From NCBI GenBank assembly GCA_019638255.1, contig JAHBUD010000002.1, positions 164,092 to 228,091 of the forward strand: 64,000 nt of DNA, given 5' to 3'. The notes below the pieces were generated by a model, which was not told the DNA's origin, ran no database searches, and worked only from the letters and a program-made list of their open reading frames with translations. Source of the DNA: Cyclobacteriaceae bacterium. Lineage in GTDB: Bacteria > Bacteroidota > Bacteroidia > Cytophagales > Cyclobacteriaceae. Shown one piece after another: positions 17,568 through 25,415 of the stretch; positions within the stretch are counted from its first letter, which is position 1, and each line of letters starts with the position of its first letter. The position numbers were made by a program, and so were the translations under genes.

Positions 17568-20500
17568 TTAAGAGGTTACTTGTTCAGATAAATGTAGAAT
17601 GTCCTTTGCGCGTTGCTCATTATCCCTTTTGGCCAGTTCGGTCAATCGTACGGCTTCTTCGGGATCAGAGAGGTTAAGTGTTTTGTACCGGATTTCTGCA
17701 TCCAGATAATCGTTGAAGTTAACGGCATCTTCTGTGGTAGGAACATCCCACGTAAACGGATTCTGACCATCGGCACGCAGATCAGGATTGAACCTGTACA
17801 TTGGCCAGTAACCACACTTCACGGCTTTCTCCGATTGCTTTTTAGCAAACTTCATGTCGTAGCCGTGCGCAATACAAGGTGAGTATGCGATTATAATAGA
17901 AGGACCATTATGTTTTTCAGCCTCCACAAAAGCAAGCGCTGTTTTTTCCCGATCCATGCCCATGTTAACTACCGCCACATAAGCATTGCCATAGGTAGTC
18001 ATCATGAGTCCGAGATTTTTCTTACCCATTTTTTTACCGTTGGATGCAAACTTGGCCACTGCACCACGAGGGGTTGCCTTGGAAGCCTGACCACCGGTGT
18101 TGGAATACACTTCGGTATCGAGCACGAGCAGGTTTACATTTCGGTTGGAGGCCATTACGTGATCAAGCCCGCTAAAGCCGATGTCGTAGGCCCAGCCATC
18201 GCCACCAAAAATCCATACACTCTTATCTACAAAATAATCCTGTAACTCAATTACTTTTTCGAGCAATGCCCTTTCTTCTTTACCAACAGTTTTTAATTCT
18301 GCTGCCAGCAAAGGCTTCAGGGCATCGGCATGGTCCTTTGCTTCATTCGTGTGTTCATTGAACAAGGCCAATGCCTTTTCAAGCGCTGACTTAACCTCAG
18401 GAGTTTTTACTTTCGGCAGTAAAGCTTCTGCATTTGTTTTGAGCTGTTTGCGGTTTGCATCTACTGCGAGCCGGATGCCAAAACCATATTCAGCATTGTC
18501 TTCAAATAATGAGTTGGCCCATGCAGGTCCTCTTCCCCTTTTATCTTTTGTATACGGTGTTAACGGGAAGGTTCCACCATAAATAGAAGTACAACCTGTA
18601 GCGTTGGCGATAATCATACGGTCGCCAAAAAGTTGTGTAGCCAGGTGGATGTAGGGTACTTCACCACAACCGGAACAGCTTGGAGGATATTCGAGATAGG
18701 GTTCAGCAATGTAAGGCTCTTGCACAAAAGGAAGTTTGTCAATCCAGGTGGCAGGATTGCCCGGCACGCCACGGTATTCAAGTTTTTTTGTACCGGTAGG
18801 CACCGCGCCATTCAACGGCATCAGCGATACCGGAATGTTATCACCTTTTAATCGTAGAATCGGATCCACCACCAGCCGTGCGAAATCATCGGAGCCAGCC
18901 GGAATCAATTCGGATATTTCAGCATACTTTTCAGACTCGGCAGGAACAGGCACCTCAATAATATTATCACAGGTTACATCAATAGCCTTCCAGTTCATCT
19001 CAATAATCTCACGGCCCTTCCGGGCGAACTGTTCTTCAATGTGCTCCTTAATCGTGGTAATTGCCTGTGCCTCCGGCAGTACACCCGACACTTTGAAAAA
19101 GGCTGTCTGCATTACAGAGTTGATTCTTCCTCCAAGGCCAACACTCTTGGCAATTTTGGAAGCATCAATGGCGTATACCTTAATTTTTTTCTTCCAGATT
19201 GTTTCCTGCATATCGCGGGTGAACAACCTGAAAATATTTTCAGGCTTTTGGCTGCTGTTGATCAGGAACGTACCCCCTTCGGTAATGCCCTCTAGAATAT
19301 CGTACTGGCCAATGTATTGTGGACGGTGCAAGGCAACAAAATCAACCTTATTCAACAAGTACTCCGATTGAATTGGATTTTTACCAAAACGCAAATGCGA
19401 AACAGTATACCCGCCTGATTTATTCGAATCATACTGGAAATAGCCTTGCACAAACAGATCGGTGCTATCGCCAATAATTTTAATGGCATTTTTATTGGCA
19501 CTCACCGTACCGTCTGAACCATAGCCCCAGAACTTGCAGCGTACAATACCTTCTTGTTCGGTATCAATCTCTTCTTTTACCGGTATGGATTTATGTGTCA
19601 CGTCATCGTTGATGCCTACGGTAAAACCATGCCAGCCATTATTATCGAGATGATCGAATACGGCTTTCACCAGCGATGGCGTAAATTCCTTTGAGGATAA
19701 ACCATATCGGCCTCCGATAATCTGAATGTCGGGCCGACTGCGAAGTGCTGCCACCACATCTAAAAAGAGGGGATCGCCTAACGCACCAGGTTCTTTCGTG
19801 CGATCAAGCACGGCTATTTTTTTAACGCCCTCGGGTATAACGGCAAGAAAATCTTCCAATGCAAATGGCCTGTACAGGCGAACCTTCACCGCGCCTACTT
19901 TTTCTCCATTGCGTGTTAGATAATTTATGGTCTCTTCTATGGTTTCAGTAGCTGATCCCATTGAAATCAGAATCTTTGTAGCGTTGGGGTCGCCTACATA
20001 TTCGTAAAGGTTGTAAGTCCTTCCGGTTTTCTTTGCGAACAATTCCATGTACTTCTTCACAACACCCGGGCACGCATCGTAATACTTATTCACCGTTTCT
20101 CGGCCTTGAAAATACACATCGGGGTTTTGCGCACCGACTTTGCATACCGGTGCTTCCGGCTTCAATGCGTGCTTACGAAATTCCTCAACATATTTCATGT
20201 CGAGCATGGATTTTAGATCACTGTAATCCAGCGGAATAATTTTTTGTATGGAATGCGAGGTGCGGAAGCCATCGAAAAAATGCAAGAAAGGAATTCTGGA
20301 TTCCAGCGTTGAAAGGTGTGCAATGGTTGCCATGTCCTGCGCTTCCTGCACATTACCCGATGATAACAAGGCAAAACCGGTTCCGCGTGTTGCCATTACA
20401 TCGGAGTGATCGCCAAATATCGATAGGGCCTGACAGGCCAATGAACGTGCCGAAACGTGAAATACTGTAGGAATCATTTCACCGGCAATCTTGAACATAT

Positions 20501-20798
20501 TGGGCACCATGAGCATCAGTCCTTGCGATGCCGTAAACGTGGTAGCCATAGCCCCACCCGACAGGGCACCATGAATGGCCCCGGCCGCTCCGGCTTCCGA
20601 TTGCATCTGCACAACATCTACAGATTCACCGAAAATATTTTTTCTGCCCTCTGCCGACCAGGCATCTGCCCGTTCGCCCATATCCGATGAAGGTGTAATC
20701 GGGTAAATGGCAGCCACTTCACTAAAGGCGTAGGCAATGTTGGCTACTGCCGTATTGCCATCGGTATTGATATACGCTGATTTTTTCTCTTTGGCCAT
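17568..20798 (-). CDS. nifJ: Pyruvate:ferredoxin/flavodoxin oxidoreductase (NifJ-type single-chain PFOR) lacking the ferredoxin domain
   Basis: 1076 aa with IYPITPSS, a TPP-binding GGDGWAYDIG...NTGGQ block and proximal-cluster cysteines (CSGCGE, ATGCTS, YSPCIAHG). No CxxCxxCxxxCP motif occurs anywhere in the protein. Confidence 0.9.
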   Translation of the reverse strand: MAKEKKSAYINTDGNTAVANIAYAFSEVAAIYPITPSSDMGERADAWSAEGRKNIFGESVDVVQMQSEAGAAGAIHGALSGGAMATTFTASQGLMLMVPNMFKIAGEMIPTVFHVSARSLACQALSIFGDHSDVMATRGTGFALLSSGNVQEAQDMATIAHLSTLESRIPFLHFFDGFRTSHSIQKIIPLDYSDLKSMLDMKYVEEFRKHALKPEAPVCKVGAQNPDVYFQGRETVNKYYDACPGVVKKYMELFAKKTGRTYNLYEYVGDPNATKILISMGSATETIEETINYLTRNGEKVGAVKVRLYRPFALEDFLAVIPEGVKKIAVLDRTKEPGALGDPLFLDVVAALRSRPDIQIIGGRYGLSSKEFTPSLVKAVFDHLDNNGWHGFTVGINDDVTHKSIPVKEEIDTEQEGIVRCKFWGYGSDGTVSANKNAIKIIGDSTDLFVQGYFQYDSNKSGGYTVSHLRFGKNPIQSEYLLNKVDFVALHRPQYIGQYDILEGITEGGTFLINSSQKPENIFRLFTRDMQETIWKKKIKVYAIDASKIAKSVGLGGRINSVMQTAFFKVSGVLPEAQAITTIKEHIEEQFARKGREIIEMNWKAIDVTCDNIIEVPVPAESEKYAEISELIPAGSDDFARLVVDPILRLKGDNIPVSLMPLNGAVPTGTKKLEYRGVPGNPATWIDKLPFVQEPYIAEPYLEYPPSCSGCGEVPYIHLATQLFGDRMIIANATGCTSIYGGTFPLTPYTKDKRGRGPAWANSLFEDNAEYGFGIRLAVDANRKQLKTNAEALLPKVKTPEVKSALEKALALFNEHTNEAKDHADALKPLLAAELKTVGKEERALLEKVIELQDYFVDKSVWIFGGDGWAYDIGFSGLDHVMASNRNVNLLVLDTEVYSNTGGQASKATPRGAVAKFASNGKKMGKKNLGLMMTTYGNAYVAVVNMGMDREKTALAFVEAEKHNGPSIIIAYSPCIAHGYDMKFAKKQSEKAVKCGYWPMYRFNPDLRADGQNPFTWDVPTTEDAVNFNDYLDAEIRYKTLNLSDPEEAVRLTELAKRDNEQRAKDILHLSEQVTS

Positions 20799-20871
20799 GA
20801 TGATAAAAGTTTAACGGGAGGAAGTTATCCCAATCGGTCACGCGGTTAGCTGTCGCTCATCACATGGAATG

Positions 20872-20885
20872 CTGATTTATATCAG
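20872..20885. promoter_or_regulatory. Perfect palindrome CTGAT-TTAT-ATCAG in the divergent nifJ / crp-fnr promoter region
   Basis: Read directly as aatgCTGATttatATCAGgtt. The centre is about 80 nt upstream of the nifJ ATG and about 100 nt upstream of the regulator ATG. Confidence 0.5.
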
Positions 20886-20978
20886 GTTGATGTAAAAACA
20901 TGTCGCTTCCACGCCTGATTGCAGAAAAGCAAGTTGAGTTTACCCAAGTAATCCCTAAATTTCAGTAATCATCGCCAC

Positions 20979-21575
20979 ATGATACCGGATAAAATATTGA
21001 CGCAATACCATGCACGCCTTGTACGTTTGCGCAAAGACCAGGTGCTTTTTGAGGAAGGCTCCAATGCCACTGACTATTTTCAGGTAGCAGAAGGCGAAGT
21101 GCGCATGTACATCCTCAATCATGAAGGGCAGGAATTTACCCAAGGTATTTTTCATGCCGGTGAGAGTTTTGGAGAACCTCCCTTGTTTGGAAATTTTGCT
21201 TACCCCAGCACTGCCGTTGCACTCACACCAGGGAGCGTTTGGCGCTTACCGAAAGTTGAATTTTTTGAGTTGCTTAAAAATAACTTCGACATCCACTTAA
21301 AATTGAACCACGTGCTTTGCAACCGGCTTCAATATAAGTCGATGATTCTCACCGAAATTTCATCGCACACACCGGAGCACCGATTAACCACCATATTAAA
21401 ATACCTCAAATCGAAAATTGCCCCTGAGTCGGAAACGGAGAAAATGATCATTCCCTATACCCGGCAACAATTGGCTGACATGACCAGCCTGCGGGTGGAG
21501 ACGGTTATACGCACCATTAAGCGCATGGAAAAGGAAGGCAAGGTAGAGTTGGAAGGGCATAAGATTTTGTTTTGA
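20979..21575 (+). CDS. Crp/Fnr-family transcriptional regulator (no N-terminal Cys cluster)
   Basis: 198 aa with a cNMP-binding-like beta-roll (GESFGEPPLF) and a C-terminal HTH. The recognition helix SLRVETVIRTIKRM matches the FNR-type E--xR pattern. Confidence 0.85.
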   Translation: MIPDKILTQYHARLVRLRKDQVLFEEGSNATDYFQVAEGEVRMYILNHEGQEFTQGIFHAGESFGEPPLFGNFAYPSTAVALTPGSVWRLPKVEFFELLKNNFDIHLKLNHVLCNRLQYKSMILTEISSHTPEHRLTTILKYLKSKIAPESETEKMIIPYTRQQLADMTSLRVETVIRTIKRMEKEGKVELEGHKILF

Positions 21576-21671
21576 CATAAAAACTCGTTTGAAGGGATAC
21601 CCACTATAGCACTTTTCCCAAGCCACTCCTGATGTTTCGGAAAAGGCATTCTTTGTGATTGTTTCTATTTA

Positions 21672-21699
21672 ATGAGACACCTCGTTTCTCGGTGTAACA
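21672..21699 (+). repeat. Copy A of a ~27-nt conserved stem-loop motif ATGAGRCACCTCGT..CTCGGTGTRACA
   Basis: ATGAGACACCTCGTTTCTCGGTGTAACA. It matches 57286-57312 at 24 of 28 aligned columns. Confidence 0.5.
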
Positions 21700-21796
21700 T
21701 TACTTTCAACGGATACTCAGTAAGCTTCTGTTAGGAGGTAAAATCAAATTTTTATTAACTTGGGATTTATGAAGGCAGAAACCTACAATATAGACT

Positions 21797-22006
21797 TTGG
21801 AATTCAGACAAATACTTGAATTAGTACGTCAATTACCTAAAAAAGAGAAAATAAGGTTGTCTAGGGAACTTGAAAAAGAGGTAATTGATCTAAAACTAAC
21901 ATCACTTCTTAAAGCATTTAACACTGACGAGCTTGATGAATCAACAATTAATCAGGAAGTGGAACAGGTAAGGGCAGAACTTTATGCCAAGCAAAAAGCC
22001 AAGTAA
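21797..22006 (+). CDS. Small antitoxin-like protein (addiction-module component type), TTG start
   Basis: 69-aa charged helical ORF that overlaps the downstream PIN gene by 23 nt. The context is AT-rich. Confidence 0.55.
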   Translation: MEFRQILELVRQLPKKEKIRLSRELEKEVIDLKLTSLLKAFNTDELDESTINQEVEQVRAELYAKQKAK

Positions 22007-22340
22007 AATCATTATTGATACAAATATCTGGATCAGTTTTCTGATTGGCAAAGAACTTCAATTTCTGAAAGATATTATTGTAAGCGAGGAAATAAAAATT
22101 GTTCTAACAGATCAATTAATCACCGAACCGAAACTCGTTACCTCCAGAAAAAAACTGCAGAAATATTTTGATCAAGATAAGGTGGCTGATCTAATCTCAC
22201 TTCTTGATATTATAGCATTAAAGATTCGAATCAAAAAAATCCCCTCCGTTTGTCGTGATCCGAAAGACGATTTTTTACTAGCATTATCAAAAGAAAGCAA
22301 AGCAAACTTCTTAGTGACCGGAGACAAAGGATCTACTTGA
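21984..22340 (+). CDS. PIN-domain toxin; the C-terminus appears truncated by a 1-nt frameshift
   Basis: IIIDTNIWISFLIG and LVTGDK are PIN hallmarks. The expected tail DLLDFQNFGNAQIVNVVKFRQLF is encoded in the +1 frame at 22330-22401. Confidence 0.7.
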   Translation: MPSKKPSKIIIDTNIWISFLIGKELQFLKDIIVSEEIKIVLTDQLITEPKLVTSRKKLQKYFDQDKVADLISLLDIIALKIRIKKIPSVCRDPKDDFLLALSKESKANFLVTGDKGST

Positions 22341-22427
22341 TTTTCAAAACTTTGGAAATGCACAAATAGTAAATGTTGTGAAATTTAGACAATTATTTTA
22401 GAGGTTCTGAATTTACAGTGCTAATCT

Positions 22428-23750
22428 ATGCTCTACTTCATCCTCAGCATCGTCATCCGAATAGCACTAAAAATATTTTATAAACGGATCACTATCCATG
22501 GTGTAGAAAATATTCCCAAACAAGGACCAATCATTGTTGTGGGCAATCACCCCAATACATTCATGGATCCCATACTGGCGGCTTTGATTATGCTGCCGCG
22601 CCAGGTACATTTTTTAGCGAACGGAAGCATCTTCAAAACCGGGATTGCACGTTGGGGATTGTCGTATCTAAACGCCATTCCTGTATATCGTAAGCAAGAT
22701 GAAATAAGCAATCGTGATGAAAAGAATCTGGCAGCCTTTCAAACCTGTTTTGATTTCCTCGGTTCAGGAGGCATCCTGCTGATCTTTCCGGAAGGCAACA
22801 GCATTAATGAACGCAAACTCCGGCCTATCAGAACCGGGACCGCCCGTATCGCACTCGGCACTCAGGATCAACATAATTTCAACCTTCCCCTCACGATTTT
22901 ACCTGTCGGGCTAAACTACTCCAACCCAACCCGCTTTCGTGAGTCTGTGGTGATTAACATTGGCCAATCGTTCACCGTGAACGAGTACCATGAACACTAT
23001 CAACGCGATTCCCAAGCGGCAGTGCTAAGCCTTACTGCTGACCTGCAACAACGCATGAGCGAATTGATTGTAGTTACCGATGATCGGGAAGAAGACGACC
23101 TGGTACGAAAAATTGAACTCATCTACAAAAAGCAGTTTGCATCCACTAACCGTCAACCCGAAATCAATCTTACACAGAACATTGTTAAAGCGGTTAATTA
23201 CTTCCAGGAACACAACCCTATGTTGGTGCGGGAGGTAAAAGAAAAAATTGATCAATATTTCAATACCATTAAAGAATTCAACATCAGCGATTACCTCGTT
23301 GAGAAATCTGAAGCGGTGGGGCGCACCAAGTTAGTCCGTTACCTGACTTACTTAGTAAGCGGCTTTCCGTTATACATCAGCGGACTTGTATTTAACTACA
23401 TTCCCTACAGTATTCCTGCTAAAATTGCCCGATGGATTTCAAGCGATGAAGAATACAAAGCCCCGATTATGATGACCTCCGGTATTTTTACTTTTCCGAT
23501 TTTTTATGGCTTAATACTTTTCCTTTCCTGGATTTTATTCTCCAGTACTTTAATTACGGTTACCTTAACCATTGTTATGCCGGTAAGCGGTCTTTTTGCA
23601 TTGCACTATTACAAGCGTTTAAAGAATTTCCGAAGCACACTAACCTACTATCAATATTTTAGAAAGAACAAAAGTATAATTGACTGGTTCACTCAGCAGC
23701 GGCAGGAAATAATTTCCTTGCTGGAAAGTGCCCGCTTCCAATACGAATAA
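22428..23750 (+). CDS. Lysophospholipid/glycerol-phosphate acyltransferase-family protein with a C-terminal membrane domain
   Basis: 440 aa with the acyltransferase blocks VGNHPNTFMDP and IFPEGNS, and C-terminal TM helices. Confidence 0.75.
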   Translation: MLYFILSIVIRIALKIFYKRITIHGVENIPKQGPIIVVGNHPNTFMDPILAALIMLPRQVHFLANGSIFKTGIARWGLSYLNAIPVYRKQDEISNRDEKNLAAFQTCFDFLGSGGILLIFPEGNSINERKLRPIRTGTARIALGTQDQHNFNLPLTILPVGLNYSNPTRFRESVVINIGQSFTVNEYHEHYQRDSQAAVLSLTADLQQRMSELIVVTDDREEDDLVRKIELIYKKQFASTNRQPEINLTQNIVKAVNYFQEHNPMLVREVKEKIDQYFNTIKEFNISDYLVEKSEAVGRTKLVRYLTYLVSGFPLYISGLVFNYIPYSIPAKIARWISSDEEYKAPIMMTSGIFTFPIFYGLILFLSWILFSSTLITVTLTIVMPVSGLFALHYYKRLKNFRSTLTYYQYFRKNKSIIDWFTQQRQEIISLLESARFQYE

Positions 23751-23760
23751 ACATTGTCGA

Positions 23761-24367
23761 ATGAACCTGCATTTACTTATTTTCTACTTTACCCTTAGCG
23801 TGTGCAGCGCACGAATCAAAGACTGTATACTTAAAAAACAGAAGGACAACATCAACGTATTACACCTGCACATCCGAAAACGAACGTTTTAAAACCCTGA
23901 AAGCAGAATTCACCATTTCCAACTCCACCATTAAAGAGCTGGAAAAGTTTATGTGGAATGTGAGCAATTATCCCGACTGGCAATACAACATGACCTCGGC
24001 TACTATACTCAGGAAGGACAGTGAAAAGGAAACTATGATTACCCGTTCAGAAATAGATGCTCCCTGGCCGGTGGAGAACCGAGAATTGATTGCACAGTTT
24101 TCGGTTAAAAATTTTTCTGATGCTGGTCACATTCAATTTACCGTAAAAAGTATTCCAAGCGATCATCCTCTAACAAAAGGACTGGTTCGTGTTCCATTCT
24201 CCCACGCACAGTGGGAAGTAAAAAAAGTTGATAACAATATAAATGTGGTCTATACCATGCGTATCGATCCGGGTGGCTCTGTGCCGCCTTGGCTGGTAAA
24301 CATGGCCATGGCCGAAGGTCCCTACATTTCATTTATCAACCTAAAGAAGCAGCTTGAGAAAAAATAA
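23761..24367 (+). pseudogene. START/SRPBCC-like lipid-binding protein, apparently frameshifted near 23858-23861
   Basis: The frame from ATG 23761 gives a signal peptide, MNLHLLIFYFTLSVCSA...KKQKDNINV, then stops at 23890-23892. The 23951-24367 ORF frame is open back to 23765. It continues the fold as YTCTSENERFKTLKAEFTISN... Confidence 0.55.
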
Positions 24368-24514
24368 GCAAATTTCGACAAGCTCAACCTGATGCGAGGA
24401 GTATTTGAGATGGCTTTAGATAATCAACACATTTTTTAAAATAAGCTACTCCCTGTCAAGGTTTGTTAATCAATTCTCCACTTTCTCTATTTTTACACAC
24501 TGTAAACATCACTT

Positions 24515-25009
24515 ATGGAACCACTTCATCTCAAAATACTTGAAACCGCCTTGGTACTTATTGGGTTGGTAATTCTTAGTTTTCTCATCAAACGAACCAT
24601 TCAAAAGATTGGAAACCGATACCACCTTCAAAAGGATCGTACTGCGTTTACCCTTAAGGTAATAACTATTGGTCTTTATCTGGCTGCTGCGGTCACATTG
24701 CTTTTTATTTGGGGTGTTGACCAGAACGAACTGGTGCTATTCCTATCTTCATTTATAGCTATTCTCGGCATTGCACTGTTCGCCCAATGGTCAATGCTCT
24801 CAAATGTTACCGCAAGTATTCTATTATTTGTGAGCCACCCGGCCAAAGTGGGTGACAGTATCAGCATCTTAGATAAGGACTACCCACTCACCGGAAAGAT
24901 TAAAGATATTGGCGCCTTTTTTACCATCATTGAAACTGAAGCAGATGAGGTCGTTACGATCCCAAATTCATTATTATTCCAAAAAGTGATCAAGGTGATT
25001 TCGCTATAA
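24515..25009 (+). CDS. Short MscS-like mechanosensitive channel-family protein
   Basis: 164 aa with 3 TM segments followed by an MscS beta-domain-like VGDSISILDKDYPLTGKIKDIGAFFTIIETEADEVVTIPNS. Confidence 0.65.
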   Translation: MEPLHLKILETALVLIGLVILSFLIKRTIQKIGNRYHLQKDRTAFTLKVITIGLYLAAAVTLLFIWGVDQNELVLFLSSFIAILGIALFAQWSMLSNVTASILLFVSHPAKVGDSISILDKDYPLTGKIKDIGAFFTIIETEADEVVTIPNSLLFQKVIKVISL

Positions 25010-25037
25010 AAAAAATAGTTCTCAAATAAATCTGGAG

Positions 25038-25415
25038 CTAGCTCCTATTTCCCAACAACCCCCTCTTATACTGAAACAAATCAGCTATGGAGAGGGCACG
25101 TGTTTTTACCTGGGTAGCATTGTATCCTTCAAAATGCACATCTACAGTTTTAGTAAACAATTCCAGCCAGCGGGTAAAATGTTCCTTGTTTATATTCAGA
25201 TGAATATGTTTGGCAAAAGGATTACCGTTATACGACATCTCGCCCAACACAATCGAAGCCCAAAAGTCGTACATAATGGGTAAGTGATTAGGCCAATCTA
25301 CATGGGAAAAAACCGGGGCCAGTAATTCATCTTGATTGACCTTTTCATAAAAACGGTCAACCAACAGTTTTACATCATCCCGTGTAGTAATATCCTTCCT
25401 GGTTTTACTCACCAT
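25038..25415 (-). CDS. Group III truncated haemoglobin-like globin
   Basis: 125 aa with FYEKV..D..L.PVF, W..H...MYDFW, Y.GNPF.KH and HF.RWLELF patterns. Confidence 0.7.
   Translation of the reverse strand: MVSKTRKDITTRDDVKLLVDRFYEKVNQDELLAPVFSHVDWPNHLPIMYDFWASIVLGEMSYNGNPFAKHIHLNINKEHFTRWLELFTKTVDVHFEGYNATQVKTRALSIADLFQYKRGLLGNRS

Noticed and set aside
18736-19371. 211-aa ORF on the plus strand
   Set aside because: It is antisense to the PFOR gene. The composition is Ser/Pro/Arg-rich and low in complexity, which is typical of a shadow frame.
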